Shown here piece after piece: positions 38,725 to 48,721 of a DNA stretch of 64,000 nt. Origin of the DNA: Nitrospirota bacterium (lineage in GTDB: Bacteria > Nitrospirota > UBA9217). The position numbers and the translations under genes were made by a program. Where the stretch lies: positions 1,632,001 to 1,696,000 of the forward strand of contig OY760142.1 in NCBI GenBank assembly GCA_963663225.1. Reading direction: 5' to 3'. Each line of letters opens with the position of its first letter. The first letter of the stretch is position 1. The notes below the pieces were generated by a model, which made no database searches, had not been told where the DNA came from, and saw only the letters and a list, made by a program, of their open reading frames with translations.

Positions 38725-39753
38725 TCAATAGGCGTTTTCATTCTTGGCAATGTCGTCCGCGGTCACGCGGGCGCGAAAGACGCGGTAGACCCATATTTTA
38801 TACGCGATCACGATCGGGACGAATATGAACGCGACCACGGTCATGATTTTGAGCGTGTACACGCTGGAGGACGAATTGTAAATGGTCAGGCTGAACGCCG
38901 GATCGATGCTGGACGGAATCAGGTTCGGGAACAGTCCGGCCACGCCGGTGAAAACCACCATCAGGACCGTCACGCAGGACGCGGCAAAGGCATGAAACGG
39001 TTTCCCCTTGGCGATAAAAATTCTGACGCCGAGAAGCGCGGCGACCGCGATGAGCGGCACGATGAAGAGCACGGGTGTGTTTATATAATTATGGTACAGC
39101 TTCGTCGAGAACGCGGTCATGATCAGAAACAGAACCGCGACGGCCAGCAGCGCGTTCCAGATCTTGGCCGCGGCCACGGACGCTTTGGCGCTCAGGTCCC
39201 CCACGGTCTTGATGGAAACATACAGGCCGCCGTGCACGAGGAACAGCAGCACGAACAGGACCCCGGTCAACAAGCCGTAGGGGTTCAGCAGCGAGAAAAA
39301 CGAACCGGTATAGCCCGTTGCGTTCATCGGCAGACCGCTGAAGATATTTCCGAAGGCAACGCCGAACAGGAGCGCGGGCAGCGCATTGCCGACAAGAATG
39401 CCGATGTCCCACACGTTTTTCCATCCCTCGTTGTTGATCTTTCCCCGGAATTCGAAGGCGACCCCCCGGATGATGAGCGAAAACAGCAGAAGCAGCAGGG
39501 CCGTGTAAAGATAGCTGAACATCAGCGCGTAGGTCGTCGGAAATGCGGCAAAGGTTGCGCCGCCCGCGGTAACCAGCCAGACCTCATTGCCGTCCCAGAC
39601 GGGGCCGACGGTAGTAAAGAGGATTCTTTTGTCTTGGTCGGTCCGACCCAGATAGTGGTACAGCATTCCGGTGCCGAACACGAAACCGTCAAGCATGAAG
39701 TACACCGCCCATAAGACCCCCCAGAGCACGAACCAGATAATTTGGAATTCCAT
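38725..39753 (-). CDS. cydB: Cytochrome bd oxidase subunit II
   Basis: LDGF..G, GPVWDGNEVWL, FAAFP, RGVAFEFR. Confidence 0.96.
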   Translation of the reverse strand: MEFQIIWFVLWGVLWAVYFMLDGFVFGTGMLYHYLGRTDQDKRILFTTVGPVWDGNEVWLVTAGGATFAAFPTTYALMFSYLYTALLLLLFSLIIRGVAFEFRGKINNEGWKNVWDIGILVGNALPALLFGVAFGNIFSGLPMNATGYTGSFFSLLNPYGLLTGVLFVLLFLVHGGLYVSIKTVGDLSAKASVAAAKIWNALLAVAVLFLIMTAFSTKLYHNYINTPVLFIVPLIAVAALLGVRIFIAKGKPFHAFAASCVTVLMVVFTGVAGLFPNLIPSSIDPAFSLTIYNSSSSVYTLKIMTVVAFIFVPIVIAYKIWVYRVFRARVTADDIAKNENAY

Positions 39754-39754
39754 G

Positions 39755-41104
39755 TCAGGCCTCCTGCTTCGGCGTTTTTACCGGTGCCGAAAGGTCGTCG
39801 TCAGGACCTTTTTTCGCGTATTTTGTGAGCAGATAAACGTCAACAGCGCCCAGAATTCCGTACAGCGCGGTAAATCCGACCAGCGACAGGTATACCTGCG
39901 ATGTGCTGATGGAGCGCGACACCGCGTCCGAGGTCTTCAGCACTCCGTAGACGATCCACGGCTGCCTGCCGACTTCAGCCACGACCCATCCCAGCTGGCC
40001 GGCAATGTAGGGCAGAGGAATCGAAAACAGCATCAGTGTCAGAAACCAGGGGCGCAGCTCCAGGGTTCCCTGACGCGCAAAGAACACGGCCAGCAGCGAC
40101 AGCAGGATCATGGCAAAGCCCATGCCGACCATCAGCCGGAAGCTCCAGAACGTTGCGTGCACCGGCGGGCGCTCGTTCCTGGCAAAGGCCTTGAGGCCGG
40201 TAATTTCAGCATCGGCGTTGTGGAACGCGAGAAGGCTCACGAGGTTCGGAATACAGAGCCCTTCCACGAGATTTTTTTCTCCCTGCTGATCGGGAACAAG
40301 CAGAAGGCAGAAGGGCGCGTTTTTCTGAGTCACCCAGATCGACTCCATGGCGGCAAGTTTGGTCGGCTGTGTTTTCGCCACTTCCGCGGCATGAAAATCG
40401 CCGGTGCCTGCTACGAGAATCGCGGATGCAAGCCCGAAGGCTGCCGCTATTTTGAAGGAGCGTTTGAAAAACTCGGGATGGCTTTTCTTGAGCAGATGAT
40501 AGGCGGACACGCCCATGATGAAAAACGCGGCCACGACATATCCTGACGTGAGCGTGTGGGTGAATTTGAGCCAGCCGTAGGGGTTCGTCAGCATCGCGCC
40601 GAAATCAACCATTTCGGCGCGGTTGTTGCGGAGGACGTATCCCACCGGGTGCTGCATCCAGCCGTTTGCCAGCAGGATCCAGAGGGCCGAAAGATTCGTG
40701 GCCAGCGCGACAAGCCAGATCGAAGTCGCATGCATCTTCTTCGACACCTTGTCCCATCCGAAGATCCAGACGCCGATGAAAACCGATTCGAGAAAGAACG
40801 CCACCGTGGCTTCGATGGCGAGCGGCGCTCCAAAAATATCACCCACGTATTTGGAGTATTCAGCCCAGTTCATGCCGAATTGAAACTCCAGCGTGATGCC
40901 GGTGACGATTCCGAGCGCGAAGTTGATCAGAAAAAGCTTTCCCCAGAACTTCGTCATCTTCAGATACAGGGTGTTGCCTGTCGAGACGTAGCGTGTTTCC
41001 ATGTACGCCGTCAGAATGGAAAGGCCCAGCGTAAGGGGAACGAAAATCCAGTGGAACATGCTGGTAAGAGCGAACTGCAGCCTGCTTAACGCAATAGTGT
41101 CCAT
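39755..41104 (-). CDS. cydA: Cytochrome bd oxidase subunit I
   Basis: LSRLQFA...HWIFVP, EFQFGMNW, QPTKLAAME, EVGRQPW; ATG 41104. Confidence 0.96.
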   Translation of the reverse strand: MDTIALSRLQFALTSMFHWIFVPLTLGLSILTAYMETRYVSTGNTLYLKMTKFWGKLFLINFALGIVTGITLEFQFGMNWAEYSKYVGDIFGAPLAIEATVAFFLESVFIGVWIFGWDKVSKKMHATSIWLVALATNLSALWILLANGWMQHPVGYVLRNNRAEMVDFGAMLTNPYGWLKFTHTLTSGYVVAAFFIMGVSAYHLLKKSHPEFFKRSFKIAAAFGLASAILVAGTGDFHAAEVAKTQPTKLAAMESIWVTQKNAPFCLLLVPDQQGEKNLVEGLCIPNLVSLLAFHNADAEITGLKAFARNERPPVHATFWSFRLMVGMGFAMILLSLLAVFFARQGTLELRPWFLTLMLFSIPLPYIAGQLGWVVAEVGRQPWIVYGVLKTSDAVSRSISTSQVYLSLVGFTALYGILGAVDVYLLTKYAKKGPDDDLSAPVKTPKQEA

Positions 41105-41188
41105 TATGGTATGACTCCCTTCGTAGAATTCAGCACTGCGCAGACCGGACGGCCTCACAGCGGATTTGCATTGCAGGGCTCGCTGATG

Positions 41189-41581
41189 CTACAGCAGGCC
41201 TGCTATGGTTTGTTTTTGCAGCTGCTTTTCAATATCCTTGCGCATTTCCACCCAGACCGGATGGACCGTGCACGACGCGCTCAGCGCGCATTTGTTTTCC
41301 TGGATTGCGCACACATTGATGCAGGTCGGCCCCTGGACAGCCTCCATGACCGAGAGCAGGGATATTGCCGAGGGCTTCCGGGCGAGTTGAAAACCGCCGG
41401 CGGCGCCCCGCGTTGAAATGAGCAGCTGGCTGCGGACCAGACGCTGCAGAATCTTTGCGAGAAAACTTTTGGGAATATGCATCGCCCGGGCTATTTCCGC
41501 GGCGCTCGCGGGCCGTTCCCGCTCCCGCGCAAGATAGAGCACCGTTCGGATGGCATAATCTGTTTCACGGGTGATCAGCAT
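41189..41581 (-). CDS. Rrf2 family regulator with three Cys (Fe-S type)
   Basis: TDYAIR, RGAAGGF.L, C-x5-C-x5-C..H. Confidence 0.92.
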   Translation of the reverse strand: MLITRETDYAIRTVLYLARERERPASAAEIARAMHIPKSFLAKILQRLVRSQLLISTRGAAGGFQLARKPSAISLLSVMEAVQGPTCINVCAIQENKCALSASCTVHPVWVEMRKDIEKQLQKQTIAGLL

Positions 41582-41625
41582 ATTTATTTTCGGTATACGC
41601 CTCGAATCTGTTCGCTCGCCCCATA

Positions 41626-41644
41626 TAGGACATAGTACGTCCTA
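41626..41644. promoter_or_regulatory. Putative Rrf2 operator
   Basis: Palindrome TAGGAC-N7-GTCCTA just downstream of a minus-strand TTGACA-N16-TACAGT promoter. Confidence 0.6.
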
Positions 41645-41807
41645 ATTATGAATTTAACTGTAGCAAAGAATATTGTGTTGTCAAGCTTTGCTCCGGAACT
41701 TTTCCGTGGGGGTTTTCCTGCACGATACTGCATGTGTTTGCATAAAAAATATTCAGGCCGCTAAAAAAATGCAGTTTTTTATTGTAAAAATAATATGTTA
41801 TAGATTA

Positions 41808-41834
41808 TTAGCACTCTACTTGACAGAGTGCTAA
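41808..41834. promoter_or_regulatory. CIRCE element 1, overlapping a TTGACA-N17-TATAGT promoter
   Basis: Perfect TTAGCACTC-N9-GAGTGCTAA. Confidence 0.95.
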
Positions 41835-42137
41835 TCGAGTGCTATAGTATTGCCTAGTTGCTGAAGGATTTGCATCGGCAGCTCTAAACCAGGAAAGCAG
41901 CATCAAGCAAGATTTAAAAAGCACTACGTTTTGCCTGTTCTTCCTTAGTATACGCTTTCGTTTGCGTTGCCGACAGGAAAGCTTCTTGAGGCAAGTACAA
42001 TCAACTTTACGGAATATGGTTGCACTTTTTTCTGTAATATTAATCGTTGCTGAATGAAAAAGACCGAGACCGGTTTATGAAAGCATGAGCGCGTAAAAAT
42101 AACCACTTGACACAAAAGAGCCCCTTGTGTTAGATTA

Positions 42138-42164
42138 TTAGCACTCTATGCGCATGAGTGCTAA
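42138..42164. promoter_or_regulatory. CIRCE element 2, directly before hrcA
   Basis: Perfect TTAGCACTC-N9-GAGTGCTAA downstream of TTGACA (42107). Confidence 0.95.
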
Positions 42165-42174
42165 GAGGGTTATT

Positions 42175-43221
42175 ATGGAGTTGGAAGAAAGAAATAAAAG
42201 AGTTCTTCAGGCCGTCATAGACAGTTATATTGCGAGTGGCGCCCCAATCGGGTCTTCTGTTTTGGTGAAGCGGTTTGATTTCGGAGTAAGCTCGGCCACC
42301 CTCCGGAACATCATGGCGGAACTGGAGGAACTGGGGTATCTTACCCATCCGCACACGTCGGCAGGCAGGATTCCGACGGACCGCGGATACCGGTATTATA
42401 TCGACAGCCTGATCAGCGTGGAAAACGATGCGGATGAGTTCGGCGACCAGCTTCGCCAGGCACCGCCGCTTCACGGCGACGATATTAATGACCTCATGGA
42501 AGAGGCAAGCCGGTTTCTTGCGACGCTTTCGCACTGCGCAGGCGTGGTGGTGGCGCCGTCCGAGCCTGAGGTGAACTATCGCCACATCGAGTTCGTGCGG
42601 CTGCGGGGAAGACAGGTCCTTATCATTTTCGTTACGGATGGCGGGACCGTGCAGAACAAGCTGATTGAGCTTGACGAAAGCGTCCGCCAGCATGATTTGA
42701 ATGTGTTCAGCTCCTATCTCGACGAGGAGCTTGAGCACTGGTCCCTGCCTGAAATCAGGCAGCGGGTGCTGGAAAGGCTGGCGGAGGAAAAACGCCTCTT
42801 TGTGAAGCTGATGGAGGAAACGTACCAGGCCAGCCAGCAGGTCCGGGAGCGTGAAAGCGAAAAAGTCTACATCGGCGGCGCATCACAGATGCTGGAGAGC
42901 CCGGAATTTGCCACGGTCGAGAGAATGAAGGCCCTCCTGAAGGCCTTTGAAGACAAGTATAAACTGCTCAAGCTCCTGGACCGGAGCGTGGCCGCGCAGG
43001 GCATTAAAGTTTTTATCGGGTCCGAAAACCCCAACTTCGAGATGCAGGGCTGCAGCATGATCGTGAGCAGCTACAAGGCGGGAACGAACATTGTCGGCAC
43101 GCTCGGGGTGATCGGCCCCACGAGGATGCAGTATAAGCAGGTGATCCAGGTCGTGGATTATACATCGAAGTTGCTTTCAAAACTACTGGAAGAGCGGTTT
43201 CAGCGGGGAATAGAACGATGA
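42175..43221 (+). CDS. hrcA: Heat-inducible transcription repressor
   Basis: SSATLRN.MA.LE, PHTSAGRIPT, GVIGPTRM; CIRCE upstream. Confidence 0.97.
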   Translation: MELEERNKRVLQAVIDSYIASGAPIGSSVLVKRFDFGVSSATLRNIMAELEELGYLTHPHTSAGRIPTDRGYRYYIDSLISVENDADEFGDQLRQAPPLHGDDINDLMEEASRFLATLSHCAGVVVAPSEPEVNYRHIEFVRLRGRQVLIIFVTDGGTVQNKLIELDESVRQHDLNVFSSYLDEELEHWSLPEIRQRVLERLAEEKRLFVKLMEETYQASQQVRERESEKVYIGGASQMLESPEFATVERMKALLKAFEDKYKLLKLLDRSVAAQGIKVFIGSENPNFEMQGCSMIVSSYKAGTNIVGTLGVIGPTRMQYKQVIQVVDYTSKLLSKLLEERFQRGIER

Positions 43222-43883
43222 CCAGAAAGCACAGCCATAGCCATCATAAGGATCGGAACGAAGAAGCACCAGTCCACCCGGAGATGCAGGAGGAGCAGAC
43301 GGTGGAAACCGTTGCTGCGCAGCCTCCGGAAGTTGAACACCTTGCCGCGGCGCTGGAGCAGAAAACGAAAGAGGCCGCGGAAGCGAACGAGAAATATCTC
43401 AGGACGTATGCCGATTTTGAAAATTACCGCAAGCGCATGCAGCGCGACCTTGCGGAATTCCGCAAATACGCGAATGAACAGCTTGCCCTGGAGCTGTTGA
43501 GCGTTCTGGACCACCTGGGGCTTGCGTGCAAACATGCGGGCGACCCGAACGGGACGGTCCAGGCGCTGCAGGAAGGCGTGGAACTGGTGTACAAGCAGTT
43601 TCGCGACGTGCTCGAGAAGTTCGGCGTCAAGTCATTTGCCGCCGAAGGAGAGCCGTTCGATCCGGTCCGCCACGACGCGCTGATGCAGGTCGTGAAGGAA
43701 GACGTGCCGGAGAACACCGTCGTTCAGGTGCTGCAGGACGGCTATCAGTACTACGACAAGGTGCTGCGCCACGCGAAAGTGGGCGTGTCGAAACATCCAC
43801 CCAAAGCGGAGGCCGCGGACCCGGAGCCTTCGCCGCAGGAAGGGACCGGCGGGGAATACGGAAACAGGGAGTACGGCAACTAA
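43218..43883 (+). CDS. grpE: Nucleotide exchange factor GrpE
   Basis: ADFENYRKR, FDP..HDA, GY...KVLR.AKV.V. Confidence 0.96.
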   Translation: MTRKHSHSHHKDRNEEAPVHPEMQEEQTVETVAAQPPEVEHLAAALEQKTKEAAEANEKYLRTYADFENYRKRMQRDLAEFRKYANEQLALELLSVLDHLGLACKHAGDPNGTVQALQEGVELVYKQFRDVLEKFGVKSFAAEGEPFDPVRHDALMQVVKEDVPENTVVQVLQDGYQYYDKVLRHAKVGVSKHPPKAEAADPEPSPQEGTGGEYGNREYGN

Positions 43884-43958
43884 CAGAAGAAATCAGGAAA
43901 CGAAAACAACATTCCGCATTTATCATACGGGTGAAAACAACGAGTCAAGGAGGACAGT

Positions 43959-45881
43959 ATGGCAAAAGTTATCGGCATTGATCTGGGTACAACCAACTCT
44001 TGCGTGGCGATCATGGAGCATGGCGAGCCCGTCGTTATTCCGAATTCAGAGGGAAGCCGCACCACGCCGTCCGTGGTGGCCATTACCGAGAGCGGAGAAC
44101 GGCTGGTCGGTCAGATCGCGAAACGGCAGGCAATCACCAACCCGGACAACACAATATTTTCGATCAAGCGTCTTATCGGCAGAAAGTACGATTCTGTGGA
44201 AGTTACCGAGGCAAAGAAGCATCTTCCGTATAAAATCGTAAAGGCCGCAAACAACGACGCGCATGTGGATATCCGCGGCAAGGTATACAGCCCCGCGGAA
44301 ATTTCAGCCATGATTCTGCAGAAAATGAAGCAGACGGCGGAAGACTATCTCGGCGAGAAAGTGACCGACGCCGTCATCACCGTGCCGGCGTATTTCAACG
44401 ACAGCCAGCGGCAGGCCACGAAAGACGCGGGCCTGATCTCCGGACTGAATGTGCTCCGCATCATCAACGAACCCACGGCTGCATCGCTGGCGTACGGCCT
44501 CGATAAGAAGAAGGACGAGACCATCGCCGTGTATGACCTGGGCGGCGGCACGTTCGACATTTCCATTCTGGAGCTGGGCGAGGGCGTGTTTGAAGTCAAG
44601 TCGACAAACGGCGACACGTTCCTGGGCGGCGATGATTTCGACGACCGCATCATCAAGTGGCTGGTCGATGAGTTCAAGAAGGACCAGGGCATTGATCTCA
44701 GCAAAGACAAGATGGCCCTCCAACGGCTGAAAGAGGGCGCGGAGAAGGCGAAGTGCGAGCTCTCCACGGTCATGGAGACCGAGATCAATCTGCCGTTCAT
44801 TACGGCGGACGCGAGCGGTCCCAAGCATCTGCTGTACAAGCTGTCGCGGGCGAAATTCGAACAGATCGTGGGCGACCTTGTCTCCCGCAGCATCGAGCCG
44901 CTCAAGAAGGCCCTGGCGGACGCCAACAAGACCGTTGACCAGATCAACGAGGCGGTCATGGTCGGCGGCCAGACGCGCACGCCCCGGGTGATCGCGGCCG
45001 TGAAGGAATTTTTCAAGAAAGACCCGCACCGGGGAGTGAACCCTGATGAAGTGGTCGCCATCGGCGCGGCGATCCAGGGGGCTGTTCTTACCGGGCAGGT
45101 GAAAGACGTGCTGCTGCTCGACGTGACGCCGCTATCGCTCGGCATCGAAACGCTGGGCGGAGTATCCACCAAACTCATCGAGCGGAACACCACCATTCCG
45201 TCGAAGAAAAGCCAGATATTCTCCACCGCGTCGGACAACCAGACCGCGGTCTCCATCCATGTTGTCCAGGGAGAGCGCGAAATGGCGGGGGACAATAAAA
45301 CGCTGGGCCGGTTCGAACTCGTCGGCATCCCGCCCGCGCCGCGCGGCATTCCGCAGGTTGAAGTGACGTTCGACATTGATGCGAACGGCATTGTGCATGT
45401 GATGGCAAAGGACCTCGGCACCGGCAGGGAGCAGTCAATCAAGATCACCGCCTCTTCCGGACTCTCGAAGGATGAGATCGATCGCGCCGTGAAGGAAGCG
45501 GAGGCGCACACCGCCGACGATAAAAAGAAACGCGAGTCTGCAGAAGCGCGGAACGAGGCGGACACGCTCATTTACTCGGTCGAGAAATCCGTCGCCGATT
45601 ATGGTTCAAAACTGTCCGACACGGAGCGGTCGGACATCCAGAAGGCGCTGGACCAGGCAAAGAGCGTAAAGGACGGCAACGACGTGGAAGCCATCAAGAA
45701 AGCCACGGCGGAGCTTGCCAAGGCATCGCACAAGCTCGCCGAAGAGGTCTATACGAAGATGAGCAAAGACCAGGCCGGCGGAGCGGGCGCGGCCGCGGGC
45801 GCTGCAGGCGGAGACGGAAAGAAGCCTGACGAGAAAGTCGTGGACGCCGAATTCGAGGAAGTGGACAAGGACAAGAAGTAA
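43959..45881 (+). CDS. dnaK: Chaperone DnaK
   Basis: [34 protein letters not shown]. Confidence 0.99.
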   Translation: MAKVIGIDLGTTNSCVAIMEHGEPVVIPNSEGSRTTPSVVAITESGERLVGQIAKRQAITNPDNTIFSIKRLIGRKYDSVEVTEAKKHLPYKIVKAANNDAHVDIRGKVYSPAEISAMILQKMKQTAEDYLGEKVTDAVITVPAYFNDSQRQATKDAGLISGLNVLRIINEPTAASLAYGLDKKKDETIAVYDLGGGTFDISILELGEGVFEVKSTNGDTFLGGDDFDDRIIKWLVDEFKKDQGIDLSKDKMALQRLKEGAEKAKCELSTVMETEINLPFITADASGPKHLLYKLSRAKFEQIVGDLVSRSIEPLKKALADANKTVDQINEAVMVGGQTRTPRVIAAVKEFFKKDPHRGVNPDEVVAIGAAIQGAVLTGQVKDVLLLDVTPLSLGIETLGGVSTKLIERNTTIPSKKSQIFSTASDNQTAVSIHVVQGEREMAGDNKTLGRFELVGIPPAPRGIPQVEVTFDIDANGIVHVMAKDLGTGREQSIKITASSGLSKDEIDRAVKEAEAHTADDKKKRESAEARNEADTLIYSVEKSVADYGSKLSDTERSDIQKALDQAKSVKDGNDVEAIKKATAELAKASHKLAEEVYTKMSKDQAGGAGAAAGAAGGDGKKPDEKVVDAEFEEVDKDKK

Positions 45882-45899
45882 CCGTGAGCATGAACGATC

Positions 45900-45952
45900 A
45901 AGAGGATAGCAGGAGGAGGGGGAAGACCCCGGTGCCTGCTATCCTCTTTTTG
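45900..45952 (+). terminator. Stem-loop/terminator between dnaK and dnaJ
   Basis: AAGAGGATAGCAGG...CCTGCTATCCTCTT followed by Ts. Confidence 0.75.
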
Positions 45953-46050
45953 TTGTTTCAGCAGACACAGAAAAGATAAGTGCTTCCGTCTGCTGGGCGG
46001 TAGACAGTTTCGCCGCTCCGCAGGCAATCATTGTTACCACGAAGGGCTTT

Positions 46051-47157
46051 ATGGCAAAAGACTATTATGAACTGCTCGGCGTCCACCGGAACGCCGGTGA
46101 AGCAGAGCTCAAGCGCGCGTATCGGCGGCTTGCGCTCGAATATCATCCCGACAAAAATCCGGGGAACAAAGCCGCAGAAGAAAAATTCAAGGAAATCAAC
46201 GAAGCGTATGCAGTGCTGTCGGATGCCCAGAAGCGGGCCTACTATGACCAGTACGGGGTGGCCCCGGGAGCGCAGGGGGCCGGACCGGGATTCGGCGCCG
46301 ATATGGGAGATATCTTCGGAAATATTTTCGAAGAGTTTTTCGGCGGTGGCCGCGGCAGGTCCCGGGCGGCTGCGGGCGAAGACCTGCGGTACAATCTCAA
46401 AATAAGTTTCGAAGATGCGGCGTCGGGAACGGCGACCAAAATCCGCGTCCCCCGCTGGGAGGACTGCCCGGAATGCGACGGCACCGGCGCCAGATCCAGA
46501 GACAGCATTACGACCTGCACCACGTGCCGGGGCACCGGCCAGATGCGGATACAGCAGGGCTTTTTTACCATGACGCGCACGTGCTCGCGCTGCGGCGGAT
46601 CGGGGAAGGTCATTACCGATCCGTGCAAAGCATGCGGCGGCAGGAGGCGGGTGGAGAGTGAACGGACGCTCTCGGTGAAAATTCCGGCAGGCGTTGAAAC
46701 GGGCAACATGATCCGCCTGACCGGAGAGGGAGAGCTTGGATCGTATGGCGGGCCTCCCGGCGATCTGTATGTGTATCTGACGGTTGATGAACATCCGCTG
46801 TTCAAACGGGAAGGACAGGACATCGTTTGTGACGTGCCGATCACCTTTACGCAGGCTGCGCTCGGGACCGAACTGGACGTCCCGACGCTGTCCGGAAGCT
46901 CCAGCCTTAAAATTCCGCCGGGAACGCAGCCGGGCCATACCTTCCGGCTGCGCGGAAAAGGTTTTCCCCATCTGCGGGGGTCGGGCACCGGCGATCAGCT
47001 CTGCCGGATCATCGTGGAAGTCCCGGTCAAGCTTTCCTCGAAACAAAAAGAACTGCTGCAGCAGTTCGAACAATTGAGCGGCGACAATGCGACGCCGATT
47101 ACCAGGGGATTTTTCGACAAAGTCAAAGAGGTTTTTGGAGACAAGGCGAAGAAGTGA
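46051..47157 (+). CDS. dnaJ: Chaperone DnaJ
   Basis: HPD J-domain, G/F region, four CxxCxGxG-type repeats. Confidence 0.98.
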   Translation: MAKDYYELLGVHRNAGEAELKRAYRRLALEYHPDKNPGNKAAEEKFKEINEAYAVLSDAQKRAYYDQYGVAPGAQGAGPGFGADMGDIFGNIFEEFFGGGRGRSRAAAGEDLRYNLKISFEDAASGTATKIRVPRWEDCPECDGTGARSRDSITTCTTCRGTGQMRIQQGFFTMTRTCSRCGGSGKVITDPCKACGGRRRVESERTLSVKIPAGVETGNMIRLTGEGELGSYGGPPGDLYVYLTVDEHPLFKREGQDIVCDVPITFTQAALGTELDVPTLSGSSSLKIPPGTQPGHTFRLRGKGFPHLRGSGTGDQLCRIIVEVPVKLSSKQKELLQQFEQLSGDNATPITRGFFDKVKEVFGDKAKK

Positions 47158-47777
47158 TCAATGAACTGCACGTTCTGGTCAAAGGGCTTCTGATCGGTTT
47201 TCTGATTGCGGTGCCGGTTGGTCCGATAGGCATCCTGTGCGCGCGCCGTACGCTGATGTACGGACGGAGGGCCGGTTTTTTCTCCGGCATGGGAGCGGCC
47301 ACCGCCGACGTAATTTACGGGTTCATTGCCGCCTTCGGCCTGACCATGATATCGAATTTTCTGGTCGGCCGGCAGTTCTGGCTCAGGCTTCTCGGAGGAG
47401 CAATCCTCTGTTTCATAGGAATCAAAACGCTTCTCGCTGAGCCGGAGAAAAAAAACGACATGCAGTTCTCCGCAAAACACTATGCGGGCATGTATACGTC
47501 CACCTTCCTTCTCACGCTCACCAATCCGATGACGATCTTTTCCTTTGCTGCCATCTTTGCCAGCGTCGGCCTCGCCGGCGCCAAAGGAAGCGCTGCCTTT
47601 GCAGGAGAACTGGTGCTGGGCGTATTTCTCGGCTCCGGATTATGGTGGCTGTTTCTGGTGGGAGTATTCACGCTGTTCAAAAAACGGTTCAAGCACCACG
47701 AACTGCAATGGCTGAACCGTTTTGCCGGCGTCATGATAGCCGGCTCCGGCGTCATCGCCATTCTCAGTTTGCTATAA
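47154..47777 (+). CDS. LysE family translocator
   Basis: AVPVGP.G, G.G.ATAD, LTLTNP motifs. Confidence 0.88.
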   Translation: MINELHVLVKGLLIGFLIAVPVGPIGILCARRTLMYGRRAGFFSGMGAATADVIYGFIAAFGLTMISNFLVGRQFWLRLLGGAILCFIGIKTLLAEPEKKNDMQFSAKHYAGMYTSTFLLTLTNPMTIFSFAAIFASVGLAGAKGSAAFAGELVLGVFLGSGLWWLFLVGVFTLFKKRFKHHELQWLNRFAGVMIAGSGVIAILSLL

Positions 47778-48013
47778 CCTTGCCGCGTCTGCGGCGCTGC
47801 TCTTTCTGTCCGGAAAAAATTGCAACCGGGTCTCCGGCGTACTCTCCTTCAATAAATGATTATTCACGCAATCACGCCTTCCTTGACTTTTCAGCAAGTG
47901 TGCTATACTTACACCAGAAATCGCTTTCTGAGGAATCCAAGAATAATTATGCCCGCAGGGAACAACCCGGAGACCAATAACCATCTGAACGTTCAGACAA
48001 GGAGGAGCACTCT

Positions 48014-48511
48014 ATGGATGCACTTGAAATGGCATTAAAAATGGAAACAGACGCCGTCCAGTTTTATACCGAAGCTTCGGAAAAGACGAAGTATCCGGCC
48101 GGAAAAAAAATGTTTTTGGCCATTGCAGAGGACGAGAAAAGACACATCGAAATAATTTCCCAGATTATCAAAGGGCTCCAAATGACGCCCCGCGACGTGA
48201 CGCCGCTTACAAACGTCAAAACTATTTTCGAAAGCATGAAGAGTGAAATGATGAAAAAAGTCGCGGCTTCCCCCGATGACATGGAGGCCTTCAAAATCGC
48301 CATGAAGATGGAGCAGGAAGGCGTGGATTTCTACAAGAACACGCTTGCCAAGGCGACGAAGGACAAGGAAAAGGCCCTGCTTGAACGGCTTATCAGCGAA
48401 GAGAAGCAGCATTACGCCATGTTTGCGAACACCTACGAGTACCTGGAAAAAACAGGCCAATGGTTCCTTTGGGAAGAGAGTCCGATCCGCTCCATGATCG
48501 AAGGCGGCTGA
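48014..48511 (+). CDS. Ferritin-like/rubrerythrin-domain protein
   Basis: Two ALKME..FY / ExxH di-iron repeats (DEKRH, EEKQH). Confidence 0.88.
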   Translation: MDALEMALKMETDAVQFYTEASEKTKYPAGKKMFLAIAEDEKRHIEIISQIIKGLQMTPRDVTPLTNVKTIFESMKSEMMKKVAASPDDMEAFKIAMKMEQEGVDFYKNTLAKATKDKEKALLERLISEEKQHYAMFANTYEYLEKTGQWFLWEESPIRSMIEGG

Positions 48512-48532
48512 TTCGGAGCATTCGGAAGAGAG

Positions 48533-48567
48533 AAAAAAAAGAGCCCGGCAAAAAGCCGGGCTCTTTT
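48533..48567. terminator. Bidirectional intrinsic terminator
   Basis: AAAAGAGCCCGGC-N5-GCCGGGCTCTTTT; T8 tail on the minus strand, T4 on the plus strand. Confidence 0.88.
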
Positions 48568-48588
48568 AATGCCGATCGTCAGAGCCTG

Positions 48589-48651
48589 CTAGCAGGAGCT
48601 CTTGCATTTACAGGTCAATGCAGCCTTTTTCGTCACCTTTTTGATTGTCAT
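48589..48651 (-). CDS. 20-aa Cys-rich peptide MTIKKVTKKAALTCKCKSSC, putative RiPP precursor
   Basis: AAAGGAGG RBS 7 nt before the ATG; 70 nt downstream of the radical SAM/SPASM gene and just before the terminator; below the ORF-track size cutoff. Confidence 0.75.
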   Translation of the reverse strand: MTIKKVTKKAALTCKCKSSC

Positions 48652-48721
48652 GCCGACTCCTCCTTTCTGAATTACGCTTGCGATAATTACGGTTAAATAC
48701 AAAAGGGTTCATCCGCGTTTT

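Noticed and set aside
43851-43880. Short tandem duplication giving EYGN-R-EYGN at the GrpE C-terminus
   Set aside because: Low-complexity tail variation with no evident function
44345-45571. 408-aa ORF antisense to dnaK
   Set aside because: Well-known antisense open frame caused by codon bias in hsp70 genes
48460-48696. 78-aa plus-strand ORF across the terminator
   Set aside because: No RBS, spans a terminator, and lies antisense to the better supported peptide gene
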